From Bythopirellula sp. (lineage in GTDB: Bacteria > Planctomycetota > Planctomycetia > Pirellulales > Lacipirellulaceae): 64,000 nucleotides of DNA. A model generated the notes under the pieces. That model was given only the letters and a program-made list of their open reading frames with translations. It was not told the DNA's origin and searched no databases. Below are positions 30,801-39,664 of this stretch, one piece after another; positions within the stretch are counted from its first letter, which is position 1; each line of letters begins with the position of its first letter. The stretch is taken from NCBI GenBank assembly GCA_041738415.1, contig JBGSPU010000102.1:474-64473 (forward strand). The letters run 5' to 3'. The translations under genes were made by a program, and so were the position numbers.

Positions 30801-31589
30801 TCAGAGCCGCCTGTTGAATTTCAACCTCCATCGTTCATCGACCAATATAGCCACCTGCTCGATGAGAACGGCTTGGGGCAGGTTGAAGAGAGTCTCGCTC
30901 CGGTAACAGGTCCGGTGGGTCACTCGTCGGAGTCGATGTTTTCAAGCAACACCTTCTCTGGCGAAGGAGAAAGCGGAGATGACGGGGATTTGGAGGCCTA
31001 TATGTCAAATCTCATGCGACGAGTGCGAGGCGACACGTCTAGTGATTCGACACCTTCTCTAGCTACTAACTCCTCTGAGTCGAATGGCAGTCACACTTCT
31101 CAGAAATACGATACAGCCAAGCTTCCTGTACTAAACGAGAAGGGGACGCCTGCTGTTACCACATTCATTGAACCCCTCGGATTGCTTGAACTTGCTGATT
31201 TGAAAGCGAACTCCGGTAAACCCTCGCAAGCGATTGATTTGACGGCCATGCGTGAATTGGCGAACTCTTCCGCTCGCTCGGCTATTGCCAAACACCGCAA
31301 ACGTCGGCACTTCGAAGGGGCTTTGGGCAAGTTTCTGGTGACTTCGATTGCCGCAGGTACTGCAAGTTGCATGATTGCTTCTGCTGAGCACATTTCGCAT
31401 CCGCTCTTTCTCGGTGGCTGCGCTGTGGGCGTGGTGAGTATTTATTGGGGTTTTAAACTGTTGGGAGTCCTGCTTGAACTGATCCGGGACGGTGGAACTA
31501 CAAACGATCCGAGCTTCGCTGAATACTCGGATCAGGTCGACCTGCTCCCAATCGACGGAGCGGTAGAAACTTCTAGCCAAGGGTCGTAG
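27831..31589 (+). CDS. FHA-domain protein with very long coiled coil and C-terminal membrane anchor
   Basis: N-terminal CTIGSSPSCQIRL...HCLL...LND...GDELSIG (FHA-like); E/Q/L-rich heptads; two hydrophobic helices near the C-terminus. Confidence 0.85.
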   Translation: MTTLHTEETIASQSPPTNRMRLQLDIFAEDQWAHSLEVPVGKCTIGSSPSCQIRLSEKQVRPLHCLLLHGSEGVTATSWAPGMLLNDQEFSSAPLYVGDELSIGNLRLKLAVADPGDSSSEKDAEYTSNFQPDPAQIPDPSPDPHPPQSADESTEICDVHEIPATSADENLCLGETKLSQSNQQARQRCRRLLEGLRHQRDLAKNLRQEVVAHTDRREAVEQERDSLAAELEQLRTTSSAENRSLAEQLQILQGERDSHVAELEQLRTSSSAETRRLTEQLQTLQGERNWLASEVEQVRSNSVDETQQLNEQVQSLQQERDSLAGDLEQLRTNSAQQTHNLTEQLQNSHAERDSLFCELEQLHANSAERDSQQSAELDRVFGELTSAYEKTTQAEEALREAQARSEEFQHRIEELIAECERLANSSQTLHEQKEQLAQTIAERDCGITELEQELRVAQEVAQVAGEKLAEQMQSREKLFNELTALHAERIEAESEIERLKRESDELQRTSSDYLQQLHAAEESLRVVSDQLEQQTEELESLRKELPGLQAERHEFSVEKEKLIQETDAKRKRIELLEIDVKSLNREWQQSLAEVSRLKEAQLAAETRIEYLETEQANFDKDAFEALSTERNELANELRDLQEDIAARDELLQNAYERLEQLQAIVSQSEDDHAALAEDIAARIGQIELLTDELDALRENVARHGEERIQYTEQLTDREKTIEQLHVQFDALRTSITQVEQERNEIAQRLASQETQFAQITAELEAQRSKAERYEEERLQHVEGLSACEKQIESLTNELDNLRTGMMEVEQERDQLVERLAFQETHSAELSSELEAMRSNDSGVEQENEQYAQCIATQVDQIEHLTSQLEAALKSFSLVEQERDHVAQRLADREANIEQLTADLDQSRELLADCSEKAQQLNVVYHQTLAELEQARETILTSPAKEVKALTSEVEQESELTSEFTSEDFTDKDELATEALSASNDVDEDRPSEPPVEFQPPSFIDQYSHLLDENGLGQVEESLAPVTGPVGHSSESMFSSNTFSGEGESGDDGDLEAYMSNLMRRVRGDTSSDSTPSLATNSSESNGSHTSQKYDTAKLPVLNEKGTPAVTTFIEPLGLLELADLKANSGKPSQAIDLTAMRELANSSARSAIAKHRKRRHFEGALGKFLVTSIAAGTASCMIASAEHISHPLFLGGCAVGVVSIYWGFKLLGVLLELIRDGGTTNDPSFAEYSDQVDLLPIDGAVETSSQGS
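28497..28935 (+). repeat. Five 96-nt (32-aa) tandem coding repeats, last one partial
   Basis: ER(D/N) unit starts at 28497, 28593, 28689, 28785 and 28881, exactly 96 nt apart. Confidence 0.9.
29943..30570 (+). repeat. Three 210-nt (70-aa) degenerate coding repeats
   Basis: VEQER motif starts at 30042, 30252 and 30462, exactly 210 nt apart. Confidence 0.8.
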
Positions 31590-31624
31590 AGCACTGCAGA
31601 GACCCGTGCGAGAGCGATTCGGGT

Positions 31625-32653
31625 CTAAAACCCACGATCCGCACAGACATCGCCGAAATCGCGAAGGTGGTATTCGATTCCAACGTAATCGAGTATTCGC
31701 GTGAGACCCTTAAGAGCTACCGCCACTCCGTCAGGTCCGCTAAAGCCACCGAACTGGCCCCCTCCCTTTAGATGCGGTTCCAAGTCAAGGAATACGCCGG
31801 GGATACCCCGACGCCGTAGCCGGCGATCGAGCTTGGGAATCTCGGAGGCGAAATCCTTGAGAATCTGATCGTGGCCGCTGTCTCCGATATCGGCAGGGAC
31901 GAAATTCTTTAACTTGTCTTCCTCGACGTGTGTCTGACGCGATTGAAGCTGGGGATCGTGGTAATCCTTGATGTGCATCCAGCCGATACTCGGTTTCATG
32001 GCCAGGTATTGCTCATAGGTTTCCTGTGTGGAGAAGCCCTGGCAAGTGATGTTGCCACCGTCGAAAATGGTGACCAGGGCAGGGTGATTTACGCGACGAT
32101 GCAGTTCGGCCATCAACTGCCCGGTTTGTCCTACGAGATTGGCCTCGATCTCCAGACCAAAAGTCAAATCACTGCGATGACACATTTCTGCGATTTCACC
32201 AAGTTGATCGACGGCCTGCGGCAGATGGTCCCACGGATCGGTCCCTTTGGGATGATAGAAGGAGAATCCCCGGATGAGTTTCGTCTCGAAGGCATGCGCT
32301 GTCGCGCAAGCTTTCGCCACATCACCCGCCAGATATTTTTTGAATGGCACAAACCGATTGTTGGTCCCATCATCAGCGCTAACGAGTTTAACTTTGCCAA
32401 TAGGCGATCCGATCGAAGCCACATTCAGGCCGAAGTCTCCTTCCAAGTGCCGTAACTTGGTAATTTCACTCTTGGTAAGGTTCATTACATTCTTGATGCC
32501 GCTGCCGACATCAATGAAACGAAGGCTGTAGTATTCGAGCCCCAAGGCAGCTAGTGCGGAGTACTGCTCCCAAGCCGTCTTGTAAATGGCGGCTTCGTCG
32601 CCGAAAGCGGAAATGATGACTCGGGGAGCAGCGGGCATGGTTTCTTCCTGCAA
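31625..32653 (-). CDS. Sugar phosphate isomerase/epimerase family TIM-barrel protein
   Basis: ISAFGDE, SIGSPIGK, IRGFSFY, GLEIE, WMHIKDY and DLEPHL metal-binding pattern. Confidence 0.85.
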   Translation of the reverse strand: MQEETMPAAPRVIISAFGDEAAIYKTAWEQYSALAALGLEYYSLRFIDVGSGIKNVMNLTKSEITKLRHLEGDFGLNVASIGSPIGKVKLVSADDGTNNRFVPFKKYLAGDVAKACATAHAFETKLIRGFSFYHPKGTDPWDHLPQAVDQLGEIAEMCHRSDLTFGLEIEANLVGQTGQLMAELHRRVNHPALVTIFDGGNITCQGFSTQETYEQYLAMKPSIGWMHIKDYHDPQLQSRQTHVEEDKLKNFVPADIGDSGHDQILKDFASEIPKLDRRLRRRGIPGVFLDLEPHLKGGGQFGGFSGPDGVAVALKGLTRILDYVGIEYHLRDFGDVCADRGF

Positions 32654-32677
32654 TTCGTTATCTGAGTGATGGTAACT

Positions 32678-32699
32678 CCGGGGGCTTGCAATCCCCCGG
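32678..32699. terminator. GC-rich hairpin (terminator or REP-like palindrome)
   Basis: CCGGGGG-cttgcaat-CCCCCGG, a perfect 7-bp stem just downstream of the queF stop. Confidence 0.45.
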
Positions 32700-32710
32700 C
32701 TTTGAGATTC

Positions 32711-33067
32711 TCACAACACTGAAGCGTGCTCGGCAGTCACGGTCTCCGTGATTCCGCCGCGTGCGCTGAATGCCGCCACGATCTTCAACCATCGGGGAGA
32801 CAATACAACGGTTAAATCGTCGAGAATCACATTGGTAATGTTCTCATAGAATATACCCTCATTGCGATAGCTCTGGAGATACAGCTTCAAGCTTTTCAAC
32901 TCGACACACAATTTATGTGGAATATAGGTAAAGTTAATCGTGGCAAAGTCTGGCTGCCCTGTCTTAGGGCAAAGCGACGTGAATTCAGGACAGACGATTT
33001 CGATGCGGTAATCCCGCTCGGGAAACTGATTCTCGAAGGTTTCCAGCTTCGTGCGGAAGTCACTCAT
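32711..33067 (-). CDS. queF: preQ1 synthase (NADPH-dependent 7-cyano-7-deazaguanine reductase), short type
   Basis: [30 protein letters not shown] and RGGI motifs; AAGGAG RBS before 33067. Confidence 0.95.
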   Translation of the reverse strand: MSDFRTKLETFENQFPERDYRIEIVCPEFTSLCPKTGQPDFATINFTYIPHKLCVELKSLKLYLQSYRNEGIFYENITNVILDDLTVVLSPRWLKIVAAFSARGGITETVTAEHASVL

Positions 33068-33180
33068 AGGGCTCTCCTTTCGGCGATTCTGTGATTGTGT
33101 CATGATAATGCGTGGGCGCAAAGTGGTCCTCTGCGATCCCTCTTGAGATTTGGTACCAGTTGATGTGATTAGGGAAAGAT

Positions 33181-33879
33181 ATGACAGACATCCCCAAAAA
33201 TGCCGTGGTCTTGCTTTCCGGAGGGCTCGACTCGGCCACAACCGCCGCGATTGCACTCAGCGAGGGATTTCACGTCCATGCGCTGAGCATCGACTACGGC
33301 CAGCGTCATCGATTTGAATTGGCTGCGGCCCGCCGTGTGGGTGCCTCATTGAGAATACTGGATCACGAATTCGTATCTATTGATTTGGCCAGTCTGGGTG
33401 GAAGTGCCCTAACTGCGGACATTGCGGTTCCCCAGGGCCGCAGCGGGGATGAAATATCGGATGGTATCCCTGTCACCTATGTACCAGCTCGCAATACGGT
33501 CTTGCTTTCGTTGGCCCTGGGATACGCGGAAGTACTGGAAGCGGCCGATATCTTCGTAGGCGTCAATGCTGTCGATTACAGCGGCTATCCCGATTGTCGA
33601 CCGGAGTATATCGCCGCCTTTGAACGGCTTGCCAATTTAGCTACCAAGGCGGGAGTGGAAGGGACTATGGCCTTTCGCATCCACGCACCGCTCATCCAAA
33701 TGACCAAAGCGGAAATTATTCAGCAAGGCAGAAAACTAGGGGTTGACTATAGTTTAACGCACACCTGCTATGCGCCCAACGAAGCGGGGATTGCCTGTGG
33801 TCAGTGCGACGCCTGCCAGCTTCGCAAACAAGGCTTCGCGAAGGCGGGGCTCACGGATCCGATCGCTTATCAAGATTAA
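33181..33879 (+). CDS. queC: 7-cyano-7-deazaguanine synthase
   Basis: SGGLDS, YGQRH, TYVPARN, YPDCRPE and CGQCDAC motifs. Confidence 0.97.
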   Translation: MTDIPKNAVVLLSGGLDSATTAAIALSEGFHVHALSIDYGQRHRFELAAARRVGASLRILDHEFVSIDLASLGGSALTADIAVPQGRSGDEISDGIPVTYVPARNTVLLSLALGYAEVLEAADIFVGVNAVDYSGYPDCRPEYIAAFERLANLATKAGVEGTMAFRIHAPLIQMTKAEIIQQGRKLGVDYSLTHTCYAPNEAGIACGQCDACQLRKQGFAKAGLTDPIAYQD

Positions 33880-34017
33880 TTGAGAACACCGAACGTGTTG
33901 CCAGTCCCTCCGTACTCCGATGCAACCTGGTCAAGTTGGTCAACTTAGTCCTGTTGGCCGCTTTTTTTCAGCATGCTGTAGAGTCCGCCGGGCACGCAGG
34001 TTTCGGGATCTAGTCTC

Positions 34018-35648
34018 TCAACCCTGCAGTTGCATAATATCTACGCGTGGCTGTTAGTTTAGTTCTTTGTTTACGGACTCTTTCTTTGCCATCGCAGTCC
34101 TTCGTAAGTTTCACGTTTTGTGAGAGTTAGCCGAGGTTGAAAAAAAATGTGTGGCGAGGCAAAAAGGGTATCAACAAAACGACGACCTCCTTATATTGTG
34201 TGTGATAAGTAAACCCCACCCACAAACAAAGAAAGGTCGTCCTATGAAGCGTAGCCGAAAAGAGGTCGCCAGTAAAGCCTCCGAGATTCCCAATCTCCGC
34301 TTTGAAGATCAGCGACTCACGTCATTTGCCGGACTGGTCGTGTTCCAGAAGTTGTTTCAAGTCCTTCAGCTCAGGAAGCGTTTTTCTCGCTGCCTCGCTC
34401 ATCAGGACGCCGGCAAGGCGTTTTCGCCGGCGAGGCTGTTTCTGCAACTGGTGGTGCATCTGCTGCTGGGATTCCGGGAACTGCGGCATGCCGACTACTA
34501 CCGCGATGACCCGCTGGTCCAACGGATCGTGGGTTTCGACGTGATGCCCGATGTGGCGACGCTGAGCAGAATGCTCCAAGGGGCCGACCCCAAGTCGGTG
34601 GGGAATCTCCAGCAACTCCTGGGGGACCTGGTGCTCGAGCGTTTGGCCCAGAATCCGCTGCCGCGCATTACGCTGGACTTCGATGGCTCGGTGCAGTCCA
34701 CCAAACGCAAGGCCCAAGGGACGGCCGTCGGTTTCAACAAAAAGAAAAAGGGGGCGCGCAGCTACTACCAGTTGTTCTGCACGGTGGCTCAAACGGGCCA
34801 GGTCTTGAACTTTCTGCATCGCTCAGGCAACGTGCATGATTCCAACGGCGCACACGCATTTATCCTGCAATGCGTGTACCAGGTGCGAAAAGCGTTGCCC
34901 GGCGTAATCCTTGAGGTCCGCATGGACAGTGCGTTCTTTAGCGACGAAATCGTTTCCGCACTTTCCGACGACCGGATCGAGTTCTCGATCAGCGTACCCT
35001 TCGAGCGTTTTACGGAACTGAAGGTCATGATCGAAAATCGGCAGCGTTGGCAGACTATTGATGAAGATCGTCAGTACTTCGAAATCCAGTGGAAGCCAAA
35101 ATCCTGGCCCCAACGGTTTCGGTTTTTACTCGTGCGTACTCGGAGCAAGCAGCAACAGAAAGGGCCCGTGCAGCTCGACTTGTTCGAGCCTTACCAAGTG
35201 GGCTACGAATTCAAGGTGATCGTGACCAACAAGCAACTTCAAGCAGCAGGCGTACTCGATTATCACGATGGCCGTGGTTCGCAAGAGGGCGTTTTCGCCG
35301 AACTGAAATCGCACTGTCACATGGACTACGTTCCGGTGCGGACCCAACTGGGGAACGTGACGTACTTGTTGGCGGGCCTGTTCGCATTCAACCTGACACG
35401 GGAACTGCAAATGCAAAATCAAGAGCGACAGCGGACAACCACTCGCAACCGCGCGACACTCTGGAGCTTCGAGAAGGTCGATACCATTCGCAAAACCATC
35501 CTGCAACGAGCCGGTCGCCTGTCGCGACCCTCCGGCAAACTCACCCTCACGTTCTGTTCCGGACGCAAACTCAAGCACAAAATCCTGGAACTCCTCGATT
35601 CCCTCGAAACGGCTGCCTAAGCTAGAATTTATGCAACGTTGGGGTTGA
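34018..35648 (+). mobile_element. IS1380-family insertion sequence
   Basis: Imperfect terminal inverted repeats TCAACCCtgcaGTTGCATAA (34018-34037) and TTATGCAACgttgGGGTTGA (35629-35648), 16/20 matches; no direct target duplication recognised, so exact ends are uncertain by a few bases. Confidence 0.85.
34244..35620 (+). CDS. IS1380-family DDE transposase
   Basis: LTSFAGL, ITLDFDGSV, VRMDSAF, VIVTN and Y-x(2)-RG-x(2)-E motifs; GC-richer than the flanks. Confidence 0.93.
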   Translation: MKRSRKEVASKASEIPNLRFEDQRLTSFAGLVVFQKLFQVLQLRKRFSRCLAHQDAGKAFSPARLFLQLVVHLLLGFRELRHADYYRDDPLVQRIVGFDVMPDVATLSRMLQGADPKSVGNLQQLLGDLVLERLAQNPLPRITLDFDGSVQSTKRKAQGTAVGFNKKKKGARSYYQLFCTVAQTGQVLNFLHRSGNVHDSNGAHAFILQCVYQVRKALPGVILEVRMDSAFFSDEIVSALSDDRIEFSISVPFERFTELKVMIENRQRWQTIDEDRQYFEIQWKPKSWPQRFRFLLVRTRSKQQQKGPVQLDLFEPYQVGYEFKVIVTNKQLQAAGVLDYHDGRGSQEGVFAELKSHCHMDYVPVRTQLGNVTYLLAGLFAFNLTRELQMQNQERQRTTTRNRATLWSFEKVDTIRKTILQRAGRLSRPSGKLTLTFCSGRKLKHKILELLDSLETAA

Positions 35649-35772
35649 AATATCTTCTCCGGCCACTGATTACCGCCGGAAACCGCAAATGTTTGCTTCA
35701 AGGCACTTCCAGTCTTGTTCTGCGGGAACTATGCTTATCACTAATGGGCCATGCAACCACTTGGAGTTTACC

Positions 35773-36888
35773 ATGAATAGACTCTTCACAATGACTTTTT
35801 CTCGGAGAATTCTTTTTGCTTTGTTTTGTTATATAACACTGGAGACTACTTTTTGCAGTGCGATCTCCATTGAAGTTGTAGATCAACGGGGCGATCCAAT
35901 TATTGATGCTGAGATTGCAATCGTGAATAACGAAACTAAGCGTCAGACAACTGTCGAATCTAATGCAAAAGGTCTCGCAGAGGCTTATGTTGAGAAGGAG
36001 CAATCAGTAACAATTCTATGCGCCCACCCAAAGTACAAGGGATATGTACGCGAAACTGTCAAGAGTGAAGACATTCGCATACGCTTGAAATCTGTGAATG
36101 GCATCGGGTCCAAGATTCTAGCAAAGATGCCTGCTGAATTACCAGGCCTGACTGGCCGTTTGACAATACTGATGGACCAAACGGACCAGTTGTACATTTA
36201 CGGCGAGCGAATGGAGATCAATGAGCAATCAGGAAAGCTACTGCCTTGGAGGATAAAGAAGCCACTGCACATTGAGGACTCACGACAGAATCAAGCGGAT
36301 GTTTCAATCATTAATGTGTGTGCCGGACTAGCGTTAATCGACATAAAGCAAGACCCCCGTGAACCAACTATAGAAAACCTGGCCGATGGGACCCATTTCC
36401 TAGTGCAAGATCGCAGAGGGAATCCTGTCGCCAAGGCGGAAGTTGTCTTGCTTCTAGTCCGGAACAATACCTTTACAAAAGGTGTCACAAACGAACTGGG
36501 GGAGGTCAGTCTCTCAGGATTCCCCAATGAACCCGCTGTAATTTACTGCGGGCACGAGGCTTATCGAGCCTTTCGTGAAGTCACTCAAAGTCCATATGGT
36601 AGCCACACCATCAGGTTAGTCCAATCTGATGGAATTGGTTCGGTGGTTTTTGAGAGTAACACGGGTTACATCAACGGATTAGAAGGACGAATTAATCCAA
36701 TTCTCGACAATTTCGGGCGGCTTTACATGTACGCCACTAACATTGCTTTAGAGGGAGGAAAGCAGCAGCCCATAAAATTTGAACTTGGTAGAGTTATTGC
36801 AGCTGAAGATGCACAGGGTACGCGGTGCAACCTCGTGGTATTGGACATTAAAGGTGATTCTTCACTCCTTGAGTATCAATTCCAGTAG
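35773..36888 (+). CDS. Exported protein with two tandem carboxypeptidase-regulatory-like/beta-sandwich modules
   Basis: Signal-peptide-like N-terminus; duplicated unit VVDQRGDPIIDAEI...GIGS...GLTGRL vs VQDRRGNPVAKAEV...GIGS...GLEGRI; GGAG RBS before 35773. Confidence 0.75.
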   Translation: MNRLFTMTFSRRILFALFCYITLETTFCSAISIEVVDQRGDPIIDAEIAIVNNETKRQTTVESNAKGLAEAYVEKEQSVTILCAHPKYKGYVRETVKSEDIRIRLKSVNGIGSKILAKMPAELPGLTGRLTILMDQTDQLYIYGERMEINEQSGKLLPWRIKKPLHIEDSRQNQADVSIINVCAGLALIDIKQDPREPTIENLADGTHFLVQDRRGNPVAKAEVVLLLVRNNTFTKGVTNELGEVSLSGFPNEPAVIYCGHEAYRAFREVTQSPYGSHTIRLVQSDGIGSVVFESNTGYINGLEGRINPILDNFGRLYMYATNIALEGGKQQPIKFELGRVIAAEDAQGTRCNLVVLDIKGDSSLLEYQFQ

Positions 36889-36944
36889 AAAATATTGCCT
36901 CCTCACCAGAATCTGTGGGTGAATTCCGGTTCGGGTAGGGTGGG

Positions 36945-37093
36945 AAAAGGACAGGCATAATTGTACTCGGGCTCGAGCCGCTTCCCTACTTGTTGTCGCC
37001 GTAAATACTTGTGAGATAGTAGCTTCGGAGGATTCTCGGAGTTCCTTGGTTGCTGAATATACATGTCCTTTTGCCCCGTTCTTTTGCCCCGTT
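36945..37093. repeat. Inverted repeat AAAAGGACA/TGTCCTTTT plus 13-bp tandem duplication CTTTTGCCCCGTT
   Basis: Arms at 36945-36953 and 37064-37072 (imperfect extension to about 17 bp); tandem copies at 37068-37080 and 37081-37093. Confidence 0.7.
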
Positions 37094-37182
37094 AGAAAAG
37101 CACTGTCATGGGGACCGAACGATCTTTAACAAACGCTTGAAGTTGTTCGGAAAAGAATTCGCCGCGGGTCGTTGAGATATTT

Positions 37183-37869
37183 ATGAAAATAGCAGAAATT
37201 TACAAATCGGTGCAGGGAGAAGGTCTGCTGACGGGCACGCCGAGTGTGTTTGTCCGCGCGAGCGGTTGCAACCTGCGCTGTTGGTTTTGCGATACTCCGT
37301 TCGCTTCGTGGCAGCCTGAAGGAAATGACTATTCCGTTGATGAAATCGTGGCCGAGATTGAAGAGTGGGACTGCCAACATGTCGTACTCACTGGCGGGGA
37401 ACCGATGCTGTTTGCTGAACTTATCCCGTTGGCAGAGGCGTTGCGTTTGAGCGGTAGGCATCTCACGATTGAGACCGCGGGAACTCTATTTTTGCCTGTC
37501 GAGTGCGACCTGATGTCCATCAGTCCGAAGCTCACTTCAAGCGGGCCGGATCTCATTCAATTTCCTCATTGGCATCGCCGCCATGAGCGGCAGCGATTTC
37601 AGCCCGAGGTGATAGCGCTGTTGCTCGAACGCTACGACTACCAAATAAAATTTGTGATCGACCACGTTGCGGAAATCGACGAAGTGGACGAGTTTCTGAG
37701 CCTTTTCTCCAAGATTCGCAGAGACCGTGTGTTGCTAATGCCCCAGGGGATCTCGCAAGCGGAGCTTTCTGTACGTGCCGACTGGTTGGAGCCGATCTGC
37801 CAGCAGCGAGGCTGGACCTATTGTCCTCGGAAGCAAATCGAGTGGTTTGGCCCCGTGCGAGGGACATAA
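37183..37869 (+). CDS. queE: 7-carboxy-7-deazaguanine synthase (radical SAM)
   Basis: SVQGEG, GCNLRCWFCDT, LTGGEP, IETAGT and SISPKL motifs. Confidence 0.95.
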   Translation: MKIAEIYKSVQGEGLLTGTPSVFVRASGCNLRCWFCDTPFASWQPEGNDYSVDEIVAEIEEWDCQHVVLTGGEPMLFAELIPLAEALRLSGRHLTIETAGTLFLPVECDLMSISPKLTSSGPDLIQFPHWHRRHERQRFQPEVIALLLERYDYQIKFVIDHVAEIDEVDEFLSLFSKIRRDRVLLMPQGISQAELSVRADWLEPICQQRGWTYCPRKQIEWFGPVRGT

Positions 37870-37901
37870 TCTTCCGGAGAGCCGGATCGCTCATGATTAT
37901 T

Positions 37902-38303
37902 TCAGGGAGCATAGGTGGCGAAGCAACGGGGTGTCTCCCATAGTCGCACTTCGACAATCGGCACATCAATCGCCTTCGTCTGCTCAAAAATCAACTTGGC
38001 GATATTTTCAGCAGTAGGGTTTTCGTCCAATAAGTAGAGTGGCTCGCCCATATCTTGGAGCATAGGTACCACGGGATCGCGGCGGCAGAGAATCATGCGG
38101 TGGTCCAGATTCTCATCGATCCAAGTACTCACCGTCTTCTTGATATCGCTAAAATCGAGCACCATGCCCCGAGAGTCTAAATCTTTACCTTCAATGCTGA
38201 TCACAGCACGACCATTGTGGCCGTGTAAATAGCGACATTTTCCCTCATAGTTCAGCAAGCGGTGGCCGTAGCAAAAGTCAATTTCACGGGTGACACGAAA
38301 CAT
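37902..38303 (-). CDS. queD: 6-carboxy-5,6,7,8-tetrahydropterin synthase
   Basis: FCYGHRL, CRYLHGHN, GMVLDF, LDHR, PTAENIA and WETP motifs. Confidence 0.93.
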   Translation of the reverse strand: MFRVTREIDFCYGHRLLNYEGKCRYLHGHNGRAVISIEGKDLDSRGMVLDFSDIKKTVSTWIDENLDHRMILCRRDPVVPMLQDMGEPLYLLDENPTAENIAKLIFEQTKAIDVPIVEVRLWETPRCFATYAP

Positions 38304-38475
38304 GGAAGTAAGCCCTTTTCAGTACTATTCGACGATTGCTCTAGCGTAACAGATCGGCCTCACAGTGCAACCAAGTCTATCGCAGCCGCTCTTGCCATAG
38401 CAGGCGGAGTGGTCGATATTGAGCACAGTCATCTCCCGTTTTTTTCACTCGATTGGCCTTCTGAGACTCGAGCCG

Positions 38476-39567
38476 ATGTCAAACTTTGCCCAACGCCGTA
38501 GCAAGCTTACTAGCCAGCTTCGCAAGGAGGGAACCGACGCTCTGTTGGTTACCAACTTCACAAATGTCACTTATTTGACTGGTTTTACAGGCGACGATAG
38601 TTACTTGCTGCTTACCCCGCGGCAAGCAATTCTCATCAGTGATGAGCGGTATTTAACTCAGCTCGGTGAAGAGTGCCCCGACTTGGAATTAGAGATTCGA
38701 GGGCCAGGCGTTCAGATGCTCCCCTGGTTAGCCAAGATACTTACCAAGGCCAAGCTTAAGCGGCTCTCGGTTGAAGCAGCCTCAATGACGCTCGACTTGC
38801 ATGCGGGGTTGATCAAGGAAGTTCCCAAGTGTGAGCCGGTTTCCTGCACTGGATGGGTTGAAGAATTGCGTCTAATCAAAGATCGCACGGAGATCTCCCG
38901 CACCCGTACAGCCTGTGAGCAGGCGCGGCGCGCGTTCGAGGTGGTTCGGGCTGCACTCCGACCCGAAATGACCGAATCGGAGGTCGCTGCCGAGCTGGAA
39001 TACCAGGCACGCCGCTTTGGCGGGAAATGCCTGAGTTTTCCCGCAATCGTTGCGGTAGGCCATCGCTCGGCACTCCCTCATGCCAGCCCGACAACCCAGC
39101 GATTGAGTGCTGCCGACTTTACGCTCATTGATTGGGGGGTCAATGAGGGCCTTTACATGAGCGACTTGACCCGTGTCTTGGTGACCGGTAAACTCTTGCC
39201 TAAATTACGCAAAATCTACGAAGTGGTGTTGAAGGCACAGTTGGCCGCGATTGCTGCGATCCGACCGGGCGTCACTTGCGAGTCCGTCGACCAGGTCGCC
39301 CGGCGCATCATTGCCAAGGCAGGCTATGGAAAACAATTTGGTCACGGACTTGGACATGGGACGGGGCTAGAGATCCACGAGGCTCCGCGGTTGGCCCAGG
39401 GTCAATCGCGGGAATTGGCGGCGGGCATGATTGTGACCGTTGAGCCGGGTATTTATCTGGAAGGTTGGGGGGGAGTACGAATCGAGGACGATATCCTCGT
39501 CACCCGAGAGGGGCATGAAGTGCTTTCCTCCGTACCAAAACAAATCGATGAATGCGTGGTCGGTTGA
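38476..39567 (+). CDS. Xaa-Pro aminopeptidase (M24B)
   Basis: YLTGFTG, IDWG..YMSDLTR, HGLGHGTGLEIHE, TVEPGIY and GVRIEDD motifs. Confidence 0.95.
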   Translation: MSNFAQRRSKLTSQLRKEGTDALLVTNFTNVTYLTGFTGDDSYLLLTPRQAILISDERYLTQLGEECPDLELEIRGPGVQMLPWLAKILTKAKLKRLSVEAASMTLDLHAGLIKEVPKCEPVSCTGWVEELRLIKDRTEISRTRTACEQARRAFEVVRAALRPEMTESEVAAELEYQARRFGGKCLSFPAIVAVGHRSALPHASPTTQRLSAADFTLIDWGVNEGLYMSDLTRVLVTGKLLPKLRKIYEVVLKAQLAAIAAIRPGVTCESVDQVARRIIAKAGYGKQFGHGLGHGTGLEIHEAPRLAQGQSRELAAGMIVTVEPGIYLEGWGGVRIEDDILVTREGHEVLSSVPKQIDECVVG

Positions 39568-39664
39568 CTCCTCCGGGATCAAGCCTGATCACTCATAAGG
39601 AAATTCGCCGATGGCTGGTCGGTCAGGGAAACGTACCCATAAGAAAGACAGCAGGAGACGCGAC

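Noticed and set aside
33068-33180. Possible preQ1 riboswitch between divergent queF and queC
   Set aside because: No preQ1-I-like short stem with an A-rich tail recognised on either strand; a covariance-model (Rfam/Infernal) search would be needed to exclude it.
33880-35700. A minus-strand gene split by the IS1380 (…QWPEKIF / ERLDPETCVPGGLYSMLKK…)
   Set aside because: The two flanks can be joined in frame only with asymmetric IS ends, and the product matches nothing I recognise.
34302-35701. Several alternative-frame ORFs within the IS1380 (for example 35089-35625, 35126-35701)
   Set aside because: They are by-products of GC-rich transposase codon usage and have no motifs.
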